Shown here: positions 29,318-38,657 of the stretch, one piece after another
Layout: the number at the start of each line of letters is the position of its first letter
Numbering within the stretch: the first letter of the stretch is position 1
Assembly: GCF_943372915.1 (NCBI RefSeq)
Contig: NZ_CALSAN010000010.1
Location: 68,891-132,890 of the forward strand
Source of the DNA: Ferrovibrio terrae
GTDB taxonomy: Bacteria; Pseudomonadota; Alphaproteobacteria; Ferrovibrionales; Ferrovibrionaceae
Reading direction: 5' to 3'
Length of the DNA stretch: 64,000 nt
The notes under the pieces: generated by a model
Seen by the model: only the letters and a program-made list of their open reading frames with translations
What the model was told of the DNA's origin: nothing
The model's database searches: none
Position numbers and translations under genes: made by a program

Positions 29318-30357
29318 GCGCCGGCTTCCTCGAAGTTGTGGCGCCCGGCCTGATGACCTCGGTGCAGGATCTCGGCCGCTTCGGTGCGCAGGCACTCGGC
29401 ATGCCGGTGGCCGGTGCCACCGATCCGCTGGCGCTGCGCCTGGCCAATGCCGTGCTGGGTAATCCCGCAGGCATGGCGGCGCTGGAAATCGGCTATCTCG
29501 GCCCCGCGCTGGTGGCGGCGGCCGATGGCGTACGTGTCGTGCTGGGCGGCAAGGCGAAGCTGACCGTGCAGCCGGCCGATGGCGGCGAGGCGCGCAGCGC
29601 AAAGCCCTGGCGCTCGCTGCTGCTCAGGCGCGGTGACAAGCTCACCATCGGTACGGTGGAAGACGGTGCCATTGCCTATCTGGCGGTGGCCGGCGGCTTC
29701 GCGATCCAGCCCTTCATGGGCAGCCTGTCGACCTATATGCGCTCGGGGCTCGGCGGCTTCGAGGGCCGTGCGCTGAAAGCTGGTGACAGACTGCCGCTCA
29801 ACATGGCGGCTGCCGACGGTGACGAACGCGAAGCGGTGGACGGCATCGATTACGGCGGCGGACCCATCCGTGTCGTGCTCGGCCCGCAGGAAGATCGCTT
29901 CACGCCCAAGGGTATCGAAACCTTCCTTGCTGCCACCTATGCCGTGACCAAGGAAGCTGACCGCATGGGCATCCGCCTTGAGGGCGAGGTGATCGAGCAT
30001 GTGCGTGGCGCCGATATCGCCTCCGAAGGCGTCGTCACCGGCTCGATCCAGGTGCCGGGCAACGGCCAGCCGATCATCCTGATGGCCGACCGTCAGACCA
30101 CCGGCGGCTATACCAAGATCGCCACCGTGATCTCAGCCGACCTGCCGCGCATCGGCCGTATGAAGCCGGGCGACATGCTGCAATTTGCCGCTGTCACGGT
30201 GGCAGAGGCCGAGGCGGCGCGCCGGGCGCAGGAACAGGCTTTGCGCCGACTGATCGAGGGCATCCGCACGGCATTGCCCGATGTCTATCTCGACCTGAAC
30301 GCGCTATATACGCAGAACCTGATCAGCGGGGCGGTAGATGCGCCGAGTGGATATTAG
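29314..30357 (+). CDS. pxpC: 5-oxoprolinase subunit C
   Basis: SVQDLGRFG, LANAVLGN, DRMGIRL, GSIQVPGNGQPIILMADRQTTGGYTKI. Confidence 0.9.
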   Translation: MSAGFLEVVAPGLMTSVQDLGRFGAQALGMPVAGATDPLALRLANAVLGNPAGMAALEIGYLGPALVAAADGVRVVLGGKAKLTVQPADGGEARSAKPWRSLLLRRGDKLTIGTVEDGAIAYLAVAGGFAIQPFMGSLSTYMRSGLGGFEGRALKAGDRLPLNMAAADGDEREAVDGIDYGGGPIRVVLGPQEDRFTPKGIETFLAATYAVTKEADRMGIRLEGEVIEHVRGADIASEGVVTGSIQVPGNGQPIILMADRQTTGGYTKIATVISADLPRIGRMKPGDMLQFAAVTVAEAEAARRAQEQALRRLIEGIRTALPDVYLDLNALYTQNLISGAVDAPSGY

Positions 30358-30375
30358 ATTGGGCGGAGACTGGCG

Positions 30376-31149
30376 ATGACCGTGAAAACCAACCTGAATA
30401 GCGATCTTGGCGAAAGCTTCGGCGCCTGGACCATGGGCGACGACGCGGCAATGCTGGCTGTCGTCGGCACCGCCAATGTTGCCTGCGGTTTCCATGCCGG
30501 CGACTGGAGCGTGATGCAGGCCACGGTGGCGGAAGCTGTGAAGAACGGCGTCTCCATCGGCGCGCATCCCTCCTATCCCGACCTGCAGGGCTTTGGCCGC
30601 CGGCCGATGACCATGAGCACCAAGGAAGTCGAAGCGCTGATGGCCTACCAGATCGGCGCGCTGATGGGCGTGGCGGCGACCAGGGGCGGCAAGGTCACCC
30701 ATGTGAAGCCGCACGGCGCCATCAACAACAAGGCCGCCACCGACATGGACCTCGCCCTGGCGCTGGCGCGCGGCATCGCCGGTGTGTCGAAAGATCTGAT
30801 CTTCCTGGCACCGGCCGGTTCGGCCATGGTGGCGGCCGCGGCCAAGGCCAACCTGCCGGTGGCGCAGGAAGTGTTTGCCGATCGCAACTACGATGATGAC
30901 GGCAACCTGGTGCCGCGCGGCCAGCCGCATGCCATGGTGCATGACAATGACGAGGCGTTGCGCAACGTGCTGCGCATGGTGCAGGAGCGCGCTATTGTCT
31001 CGGTCAGCGGCAAGCGTATCCCCTGCAACGTCGACTCGATCTGCGTGCATGGCGACAGCGCCGGGGCCGTCTCGATGGCGCGCCATATCCGTGCCGGGCT
31101 GGAACTGGCCGGGGTGAAGCTGGTCACCCTGCCCGAGATGGTGGGCTAG
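30376..31149 (+). CDS. pxpA: 5-oxoprolinase subunit A (LamB/YcsF)
   Basis: NSDLGESFG, NVACGFHAGD, GAHPSYPD, HVKPHGA, EVFADRNY, SICVHGD. Confidence 0.93.
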   Translation: MTVKTNLNSDLGESFGAWTMGDDAAMLAVVGTANVACGFHAGDWSVMQATVAEAVKNGVSIGAHPSYPDLQGFGRRPMTMSTKEVEALMAYQIGALMGVAATRGGKVTHVKPHGAINNKAATDMDLALALARGIAGVSKDLIFLAPAGSAMVAAAAKANLPVAQEVFADRNYDDDGNLVPRGQPHAMVHDNDEALRNVLRMVQERAIVSVSGKRIPCNVDSICVHGDSAGAVSMARHIRAGLELAGVKLVTLPEMVG

Positions 31150-31207
31150 GCCCGCCGCTTGACGTGGCCCCCCGCGCCCCGGCAAGACTGGCTCAGGGGA
31201 GTGCCTG

Positions 31208-31858
31208 ATGCCGAAGCCGAAGACCGATAAATCCGATACCAAACGCACCCGCCAGCCGGATGTGACGCGGCGCAACATCCTGGATGCCGCCCTGGTCGAG
31301 TTCGCCGCCAAGGGCCTGTCGGGCGCCAGGGTCGACGAGATCGCCGCGCGCTCAGGCTCCAACAAGCGCATGATTTACGAGTATTTCGGCAACAAGGACG
31401 GACTGTGGCTGACCGTGCTGGAGCGCGCCTATGAGCGCATGCGCGAGGAAGAGCATGCCATCGATGTCGCCCGCATGTCGCCGGTCGAAGGCATGCGTTA
31501 TCTGATGGAGTTCAATTTCAAATTCTGCTCGCGCAATCCGGAATTCATTGCGCTGCTGAATGCCGAGAATCTGCACAAGGCCAGTTTCCTCAAGAACTCG
31601 AAGAAAATCCGTGAGTTGTACACGCCGCTGCTGGTGGTGATCACCGATTTGCTGCAGCGCGGCCAGCGCGAGGGCGTGTTCCGCAAGAATGTCGATCCGG
31701 TCGAGTTGTACACCACCATTGCAGCACTCGGATTTTTCTACTTTTCCAACATCCATACGCTCTCGACCATTTTCGGTCGCAACCTGCTCAGCCCGAAGCA
31801 GCAGAAAGTGCGTCTCGACCACTCCATCGCGGTGGTGCTCGGCTACCTGCGACCCTGA
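31208..31858 (+). CDS. TetR family transcriptional regulator
   Basis: ILDAALVEFAAKGLSGARVDEIAARSGSNKRMIYEYFGNK HTH. Confidence 0.92.
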   Translation: MPKPKTDKSDTKRTRQPDVTRRNILDAALVEFAAKGLSGARVDEIAARSGSNKRMIYEYFGNKDGLWLTVLERAYERMREEEHAIDVARMSPVEGMRYLMEFNFKFCSRNPEFIALLNAENLHKASFLKNSKKIRELYTPLLVVITDLLQRGQREGVFRKNVDPVELYTTIAALGFFYFSNIHTLSTIFGRNLLSPKQQKVRLDHSIAVVLGYLRP

Positions 31859-31880
31859 TCATGGCCGAAAGTCGAATTTC

Positions 31881-31896
31881 GTAACTGGTCAGTTAC
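31881..31896. promoter_or_regulatory. Palindromic operator 1 upstream of tctC
   Basis: GTAACTG-GT-CAGTTAC, just upstream of TTGACA at 31904; near-copy at 35185. Confidence 0.7.
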
Positions 31897-31980
31897 TTCT
31901 CCGTTGACAAGCCGGCCCAGCATCGGAAATGCTGGGCGGATAACAAGGATCGCGACGATCCATAAACGGAGGAGACCGCC

Positions 31981-33000
31981 ATGCAAGGCAAGCTTGCTAT
32001 TCGTACAGCTGTGGCCGCTTTTGTGCTGGGTACCCTGGGCCTCGCCGCCCAGCCGGCCACCGCCCAGCAGTGGAAGCCGACCAAGCCGATCACCATCATC
32101 GTGCCCTGGGCGGCCGGCGGTTCGACCGACCAGGTGATCCGCGTCACCGCGGCCGAACTGGAAAAGGAACTCGGCCAGAAGATCGTCGTGGTGAACCAGC
32201 CCGGCGCTTCGGGCTCGATCGGCACCAAGGGCGCCATGGAAGCCCCCAAGGACGGCTATACCTGGGCCTCGGGCGCCGCCAAGGATATCGGCACCTATGC
32301 CGTGTCGGGCCTGCTCGATACCAAGATGGCGGACTGGAATTTCTACCTCACGGTTGCCAACCAGTCGGTGGTCAGCGTCAACGCCAATTCGCCCTACAAG
32401 ACGGTGGCTGAGCTGATTGCGGCCATGAAGGCGAAGCCCGGCCAGATCACAATTGCCACCGCCGGTGTGAACTCTTCGGGCCATTTCGGCTCCGAAGCCT
32501 TGGCCCGTGCGGCGGGCGTCACCTACAAGCACGTGACCTATGATGGTGGCAATCCGGCGGTGATCGCCACCGTCTCGGGTGAAACCGAGGTCACCACCCA
32601 GCTCGGTGTCGAGCAGGTGGAAATGATCCGTGGCAAGCGCCTGCGGGCCCTTGCCGTGTTGGCCGACAAGCCGCTGGAAGTCGAGGGTATGGCGGCGATC
32701 GAGCCGATCACCAAGACCATCCCCAGCTTCCGCACCGAAGCCAACTATTTCGGCATCTTCGTGCCCAAGGGTGTGCCGGCGGAAGTGACCGCCACGCTCG
32801 ACAAGATCTGGGCGGAAAAGATGAAGACCAACGCCGCGCTGAAGAAGTATTCGGCCGAGAAGGGCGCACTCTTCGGTCCTGAGCATGGCGAGGCAGCCAA
32901 GAAGGCGGCTTTCCCGGCGATCCAGGGCGCTGCCTGGATTCTGCAGGAAGGCGGCAAGGCCAAGGTTTCGCCCGACACGCTGGGCATTCCGAAGCCGTAA
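31981..33000 (+). CDS. Tripartite tricarboxylate transporter substrate-binding protein (Bug/TctC)
   Basis: PITIIVPWAAGGSTD, VVNQPGASG, HVTYDGGNPA, LRALAV; GGAGGA RBS. Confidence 0.9.
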   Translation: MQGKLAIRTAVAAFVLGTLGLAAQPATAQQWKPTKPITIIVPWAAGGSTDQVIRVTAAELEKELGQKIVVVNQPGASGSIGTKGAMEAPKDGYTWASGAAKDIGTYAVSGLLDTKMADWNFYLTVANQSVVSVNANSPYKTVAELIAAMKAKPGQITIATAGVNSSGHFGSEALARAAGVTYKHVTYDGGNPAVIATVSGETEVTTQLGVEQVEMIRGKRLRALAVLADKPLEVEGMAAIEPITKTIPSFRTEANYFGIFVPKGVPAEVTATLDKIWAEKMKTNAALKKYSAEKGALFGPEHGEAAKKAAFPAIQGAAWILQEGGKAKVSPDTLGIPKP

Positions 33001-33016
33001 GCATCTCCAACCACGA

Positions 33017-33058
33017 CGGCCGCCTGGCTTCAGTAAAGCCGGGCGGCCGATTTTCTTT
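33017..33058 (+). terminator. Hairpin plus U-tract after tctC (attenuator/mRNA stabiliser)
   Basis: CGGCCGCCTGGCTT..AAGCCGGGCGGCCG then ATTTTCTTT. Confidence 0.65.
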
Positions 33059-33072
33059 CAGGAGTACATGGC

Positions 33073-33606
33073 ATGGATGACAGTCAGGCCACAGGTCTTC
33101 CCGCAGAGGAAAACGTTTCGCCGCGGGCGGATTTCTGGTCCAGCTTCATCTGGATCGGGCTCGGCATCGCCATGCTGTGGATGAGCCTGAATATGGACCG
33201 GCTCGAACGCTTCCAGGCCAGCATCTACACCGCGCCTGGCCTGGTGCCCGGCCTGCTGGGCATTGCCATTGCTCTGATGGGCGTCATCCTGCTGGTGCGT
33301 GCGGTCAATGCCGGGGCGCTGCGGCCACGTGCGCGCAAGCCGCTGGTGCTGGCCCAGCACTGGCGCCTGATCTTCAGTCTCAGCCTGTCGCTGATCTATG
33401 CCCTGATCATTGTCGCTAGTGCTTTGCCCTTCTGGCTGGTGACGGCGGTTTACGTCACGATCTTCGTCATCGTTTTTCAGTATGCCGAGCGACGCGCCAA
33501 GGCGCAGGTGCCACGCGGCATTGCCGTGGCGGTGGTGCATGGCCTGCTGGCTGGTGTGCTGATCCAGTATGTGTTCGAAGAATTGTTCCTGGTCCGCTTG
33601 CCGTAA
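33073..33606 (+). CDS. TctB family small membrane subunit
   Basis: 4 TM, PGLVP, C-terminal FEELFLVRLP; lies between tctC and tctA. Confidence 0.82.
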   Translation: MDDSQATGLPAEENVSPRADFWSSFIWIGLGIAMLWMSLNMDRLERFQASIYTAPGLVPGLLGIAIALMGVILLVRAVNAGALRPRARKPLVLAQHWRLIFSLSLSLIYALIIVASALPFWLVTAVYVTIFVIVFQYAERRAKAQVPRGIAVAVVHGLLAGVLIQYVFEELFLVRLP

Positions 33607-33618
33607 GGGCGAATTCCC

Positions 33619-35139
33619 ATGTTTGACGGTCTGATCGGTTTCGCCCATTCGATCTGGAATTTTTCCAGCCCCGAAACCATTCTCTACGCACTCGGTGCCT
33701 CGCTGGTCGGCCTGATCATCGGTGCCCTGCCGGGTTTGACGGCCACCATGGGCGTGGCACTGATGACCACGCTGACGCTCAAGCTGCCGCCCGGCGATGC
33801 GCTGCTGATCCTGATCTGCACCTATGTCGGCGCCATCTATGGCGGCAGCCGCAGTGCCATCCTGCTGAATATTCCCGGCACGCCGGCCTCTGCGGCTTCC
33901 TGCCTGGATGGCTATGCGCTGGCCAAGCAGGGTCTGGCTGGCCGCGCCATGGGCATTGCCACCACCGGCTCGATCCTCGGCACCTGGATCGGCATGTTCT
34001 TCCTGGCGCTGTTCACGCCGATCTTGGGTGAGATGGCGCTGAAATTCGGCGCCTACGAATTCTTCTGGCTCGCCGTGTTCGGCGTGGTCATCTCGGGCAA
34101 TCTCACCGGCACCGATCCGCTGAAAGGCTGGATTGCCGGTTTCATCGGCCTGTTCATTGCCAGCATCGGCCAGGAGGGCATGTATGCCTATGACCGTTTC
34201 ACCTTCGGCGTTCACGACCTCTCCGGCGGCATTGCGCTGATCCCGGCCCTGGTTGGCGTTTTCGGCTTTGCCGAAGTACTGAACGTGATGAAGGACAAGC
34301 CGCAGAAATTCATCATCAACACCTACGATACGGTGATCCCCAAGATCAAAGATGTGGTGCAGTACTGGCGCACCATCATCCGCTCCGGCCTGATCGGCAC
34401 CTTTATCGGCATCGTGCCCGGCGTTGGCGAAGATGTTGCCGCCTGGAGTTCCTACGCCGCCGCGCGCCGCGCCAGCAAGGAAAAGGCGAAGTTCGGCAAG
34501 GGTTCGGTGGAGGGCCTGATGGCGGCTGAAACCGGTGACAATGCCTGCGTGCCGGGCGCTGTCATTCCGGTGCTGACGCTGGCGGTGCCGGGTTCGGCAC
34601 CGGCCGCCGTGCTGCTGGCCGCCATGCTGATCCATGGCGTGCGGCCGGGCCCGCTGATCATGGTGGAGAATCCGACCTTCGTTTACGACGTGGTCGCCAT
34701 GATGCTGTTTGCCTCGATCGGCATCCTGATCTATGGCCTGACGCTCACCAAGCTGCTGGTCAAGATCCTGCTGGTGCCGCGTGCGCTCATCATGCCGGTG
34801 ATCTTCGTGCTCTGCGCGGTCGGCTCCTATGCCATCGCCTCGCGCCCCTTCGATATCCTGGTCATGCTGGTCTTCGGCGTGGTCGGCCTGATCCTGCGCA
34901 ACCTGAACTATCCGATGGCCCCGCTGGTGCTGGGCATCGTGCTGGGCGATCTGCTGGACAAGAGCCTGCGTCGCGGCCTCAACCTGTCCGATGGCGACCT
35001 GACGCCATTCTTCGGCCGGCCGATTGCCTTTGTGCTGTTCCTGCTGGTGCTGCTCACCCTGCTGATGAATATCCCGGTTGCCCGCAAGCTGATGGGGCAG
35101 GGGACCGCACTGCTGATGCGCCCGTTCCGGCGCGCGTAG
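33619..35139 (+). CDS. TctA family permease
   Basis: GALPGLTATM, YGGSRSAILLNIPGTPAS, PVLTLAVPGS, PLVLGIVLG. Confidence 0.92.
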   Translation: MFDGLIGFAHSIWNFSSPETILYALGASLVGLIIGALPGLTATMGVALMTTLTLKLPPGDALLILICTYVGAIYGGSRSAILLNIPGTPASAASCLDGYALAKQGLAGRAMGIATTGSILGTWIGMFFLALFTPILGEMALKFGAYEFFWLAVFGVVISGNLTGTDPLKGWIAGFIGLFIASIGQEGMYAYDRFTFGVHDLSGGIALIPALVGVFGFAEVLNVMKDKPQKFIINTYDTVIPKIKDVVQYWRTIIRSGLIGTFIGIVPGVGEDVAAWSSYAAARRASKEKAKFGKGSVEGLMAAETGDNACVPGAVIPVLTLAVPGSAPAAVLLAAMLIHGVRPGPLIMVENPTFVYDVVAMMLFASIGILIYGLTLTKLLVKILLVPRALIMPVIFVLCAVGSYAIASRPFDILVMLVFGVVGLILRNLNYPMAPLVLGIVLGDLLDKSLRRGLNLSDGDLTPFFGRPIAFVLFLLVLLTLLMNIPVARKLMGQGTALLMRPFRRA

Positions 35140-35155
35140 ACCCATGACAGCCGAA

Positions 35156-35200
35156 TTGACGTCTGCAACCGCTTACCGCTATAAGTAACTGTCTGGTTAC
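35156..35200 (+). promoter_or_regulatory. Sigma70-type promoter with operator 2 over the predicted start site
   Basis: TTGACG (35156)-N18-TATAAG (35180), then GTAACTGTCTGGTTAC at 35185-35200. Confidence 0.7.
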
Positions 35201-35223
35201 TTCTGGACTGACTGAACCGAACC

Positions 35224-36048
35224 ATGCGCGTCTCGCTCTGCAACGAAGTCCTTAGCCCGCTGCCTTTCGCCGCGCAATGTGCGCTCGCGGCGGAGCTGGG
35301 CTATGACGGACTGGAGATTGCGCCTTTCACGCTTTCGGATGACCCGCTCTCGCTGACGGCGGCCGAACGACGCGTGATCCGCCGCGCCGTCGAAGAGGCC
35401 GGCCTGGTGGTGACCGGTCTGCACTGGCTGCTGGTGACGCCCAAGGGCCTGTCGCTCACCGACCCGGATCCGGCCGTGCGCCGTCGCACCCGCGAGACCA
35501 TGCAGGGGCTGTGCGATCTCTGCGCCGATCTCGGCGGTCGTTATCTGGTGCATGGCTCGCCGGCGCAGCGCCGGCTGCCGGATCGCGACATTCATGCCGC
35601 CAAGGGCTGGGCGCTGGAGGCCTTCCGGGCGGCGGCACGCGCCGCCGAGAAAGCCGGCGTGCTCTATTGTCTGGAGCCGCTGTCGCGGCATGAGACCAAT
35701 TTCGTCAACACCGTGGGCGAGGCCATCGGCGTCGCCGAGGGCATCGCCAGCAATGCCTTCCGCACCATGATCGACTGCAGCGCTGCGGGCCTGACCGAAA
35801 CCGAGACGGTGCCGGAACTGATCGCGCGCTGGCTGCCCAGCGGCCTGATCGCCCATATCCAGGTCAATGACCCCAACAGAAAAGGTCCGGGCCAGGGCGA
35901 GATGGTCTTTGCGCCGATCCTCGATGCGCTCAAGCGTGGCGGCTATGACGGCGATCTGGGCGTCGAACCGTTTATCTACGATCCCGATGGGCCGGGCGCT
36001 GCCGCGCATGCCATCCGCTACCTGCGTGATCTGCTGGAGCCGGTATGA
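35224..36048 (+). CDS. Sugar phosphate isomerase/epimerase family (xylose-isomerase-like TIM barrel)
   Basis: GYDGLEIAPF, LEPL..ETNFVNT, HIQVND, PGQG, GVEPF metal ligands. Confidence 0.85.
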   Translation: MRVSLCNEVLSPLPFAAQCALAAELGYDGLEIAPFTLSDDPLSLTAAERRVIRRAVEEAGLVVTGLHWLLVTPKGLSLTDPDPAVRRRTRETMQGLCDLCADLGGRYLVHGSPAQRRLPDRDIHAAKGWALEAFRAAARAAEKAGVLYCLEPLSRHETNFVNTVGEAIGVAEGIASNAFRTMIDCSAAGLTETETVPELIARWLPSGLIAHIQVNDPNRKGPGQGEMVFAPILDALKRGGYDGDLGVEPFIYDPDGPGAAAHAIRYLRDLLEPV

Positions 36049-37484
36049 CCGAAGCGCCCGCCTTTCGCCTGCAGGATGTCACGCTGTTCGAGCGGCCGGT
36101 CACGCTGCGGCTGCCCTTCCGCTTCGGCGTGGTGACACTGACGGCGGCGCCGCAGGCCTATCTGCACCTGCGTATCGTGCTGCCCGATGGCCGCAGCGCC
36201 TGGGGTTCAGCCGCCGAGCTGATGGTACCGAAGTGGTTCGACAAGGATCCGGCCCTGTCGAACGAGCAGAATTTCGCCCAGTTGCGGCTCAGCCTGCGCC
36301 ATGCCGTGGATGCCTATGCCGGTGACGAGACCGCCCGCACTGCCTTCGGCCATTCCGCCGCCCATCATGCTGCGCTGGTGCAGCAGGGCGCGAAAAGCGG
36401 CCTGAACGCCCTGGTGGCTTCCTATGGCCCGGCCCTGCTGGATCGTGCCGTCATCGATGCGCTCTGCCGCCTGCGCAACATCCCGTTCGCGGCAGCGCTT
36501 GGCAAAAACCTGTTCGGTATCCAGGTTGCGCCGCTGGCCCCGGATCTTGCCGGCTTCGATCTTGAGGCCTGGCTCGCCGACCTTGTGCCGCATCGCCGCA
36601 TTGCGGCCCGCCATACAGTGGGCATGGTTGACCCGCTCCGCGAGGCCGACCTGACGGCTGGCGGGCGCCTGAATGATGGCCTGCCGGAAAGCCTGGAAGG
36701 CGCCATCGCGCAATATGGCCATCGCTGGTTCAAACTGAAAGTGGGCGGCAATGCCGCGGCAGACCTGGCCCGTTTGCAGGGCATCGCCGCGGTGCTCGAT
36801 CAATCGCCCGAACCCTATCAGGCCAGCCTTGATGGCAACGAGCAGTATGATGATGTCGAGGGTATTGCCGCGCTGTGGCAGGCCATGCGGGCAGACAGCC
36901 GCCTGCGCCGTCTCTGTGCCTCGATCCTCTATATCGAACAACCGATCAAGCGTGCGGTGGCGCTCACGCAGCCCGTGACCACCCTGGCTGCCGAGATTCC
37001 GCTGATCGTCGATGAATCGGATGCCGACTACGATGTGTTTCCGCGGGCGCGCGATCTGGGCTACCGCGGCATCTCGTCCAAGACCTGCAAGGGCGTTTAC
37101 CGGGCGATCCTGAACGGGGCGCGGGCGCAACACTGGAACATTCAAAAGGGCGCCAACTTCTTCATCACCGGCGAGGATCTGACCTGCCAGGCGGGGCTGG
37201 CGGTGCAGCAGGATCTTGCCCTGGTGGCCGCGCTCGGCCTCAGCCATGTCGAACGCAACGGCCACCATTATGTCGATGGCTTCGGTGCGGCGCCGGCAGC
37301 CGAACAGGATGCCTTCCTGGCCGCCCATCCCGATCTCTACCACCGCGATCCGCAGAGCCGCCGTGTGCGGCTGCAGATCCGCAAGGGTGGCCTCGATCTT
37401 CGCAGCGTCATGGATGCCACTGGCTTCGGCGCGGAAGCTGAACCCGATTGGGGCAATCTCGCCCCCATGCATTTGAATTCGTGA
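36045..37484 (+). CDS. Enolase-superfamily (mandelate racemase-like) protein of unknown function
   Basis: FKLKV (KxK), LDGNE, IEQP, VDESD, ISSK, C-terminal ERNGHHY. Confidence 0.72.
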   Translation: MTEAPAFRLQDVTLFERPVTLRLPFRFGVVTLTAAPQAYLHLRIVLPDGRSAWGSAAELMVPKWFDKDPALSNEQNFAQLRLSLRHAVDAYAGDETARTAFGHSAAHHAALVQQGAKSGLNALVASYGPALLDRAVIDALCRLRNIPFAAALGKNLFGIQVAPLAPDLAGFDLEAWLADLVPHRRIAARHTVGMVDPLREADLTAGGRLNDGLPESLEGAIAQYGHRWFKLKVGGNAAADLARLQGIAAVLDQSPEPYQASLDGNEQYDDVEGIAALWQAMRADSRLRRLCASILYIEQPIKRAVALTQPVTTLAAEIPLIVDESDADYDVFPRARDLGYRGISSKTCKGVYRAILNGARAQHWNIQKGANFFITGEDLTCQAGLAVQQDLALVAALGLSHVERNGHHYVDGFGAAPAAEQDAFLAAHPDLYHRDPQSRRVRLQIRKGGLDLRSVMDATGFGAEAEPDWGNLAPMHLNS

Positions 37485-37501
37485 AGAAGGACAAGAAAGC
37501 C

Positions 37502-38656
37502 ATGAGCAAGGATATCCGTCTCGGCATCATCATGAACGGCGTCACCGGGCGCATGGGCATGAACCAGCACCTGATCCGTTCGATCTGCGCGATCCGCAAG
37601 GATGGCGGGGTGGTGCTGAAAAACGGCCGCCGGGTGATGCCTGACCCGATCCTGGTTGGTCGCAGCCTCGACAAGGTGGCCAAGCTGGCCAAGACCCATG
37701 GCATCGAGCGCTATACCGACGATCTCGATGCTGCGCTGAAGAACAAGGACGATACGCTGTTCTTCGATGCCGCCACCACCCAGGCGCGCGCCGGTCTGCT
37801 GAAAAAGGCGATGGCCGCCGGCAAGGATATCTACTGCGAGAAGCCGACGGCCGAGACGCTGGCGGTTGCCATGGATCTGGTCAAGGCGGCCAAGAAATAT
37901 GGCGTCAAGAACGGCGTGGTGCAGGACAAGCTGTTCCTGCCCGGCCTGGAAAAGATGAAGGTGCTGATCGACAGCGGCTTCTTCGGCAAGATTCTGTCAG
38001 TGCGCGGCGAGTTCGGTTACTGGGTATTCGAGGGCGACTGGCAGCAGGCCCAGCGTCCGTCGTGGAATTATCGCGTCAAGGATGGTGGCGGCATCATCCT
38101 CGACATGCTGTGCCACTGGCGCTATGTGCTCGACAATCTGTTCGGCGGCGTGAAAAGCGTGTCCTGCCTCGGCGCCACCCATATCCCCAAGCGCTGGGAT
38201 GAGAATGGCAAGCCCTACAAGGCCGACTCTGACGATGCCGCCTATGCCACCTTCGAACTGGAAGGCGGCGTGATCGCCCAGATCAATTCCTCCTGGGTCA
38301 CCCGCGTGCGTCGCGACGATCTGGTCACCTTCCATGTCGATGGCACGCTGGGTTCGGCCGTGGCCGGCCTGCACAAATGCTTTGTGCAGCCGCGTGTCGC
38401 CACGCCCAAGCCGGTGTGGAATCCGGATCTGCCGCAGGCGATCAACTTCTTCGACACCTGGCAGGAAGTGCCGGAGAACAAGGTGTATCCGAACGGTTTC
38501 CGCGCCCAGTGGGAGATGTATATCCGCCATCTGGTCGATAACGAGCCGTTCAAGTGGACACTTCTCGAGGGCGCCAAGGGCGTGCAGCTGGCCGAAGCCG
38601 GGCTGAAGAGCTGGAAAGAGCGCCGCTGGATCGACCTGCCTGAGCTGAAGGTCTGA
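37502..38656 (+). CDS. Gfo/Idh/MocA family oxidoreductase
   Basis: NGVTGRMG, YCEKP, GGIILDMLCHW; start ATG 37502. Confidence 0.9.
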   Translation: MSKDIRLGIIMNGVTGRMGMNQHLIRSICAIRKDGGVVLKNGRRVMPDPILVGRSLDKVAKLAKTHGIERYTDDLDAALKNKDDTLFFDAATTQARAGLLKKAMAAGKDIYCEKPTAETLAVAMDLVKAAKKYGVKNGVVQDKLFLPGLEKMKVLIDSGFFGKILSVRGEFGYWVFEGDWQQAQRPSWNYRVKDGGGIILDMLCHWRYVLDNLFGGVKSVSCLGATHIPKRWDENGKPYKADSDDAAYATFELEGGVIAQINSSWVTRVRRDDLVTFHVDGTLGSAVAGLHKCFVQPRVATPKPVWNPDLPQAINFFDTWQEVPENKVYPNGFRAQWEMYIRHLVDNEPFKWTLLEGAKGVQLAEAGLKSWKERRWIDLPELKV

Positions 38657-38657
38657 G

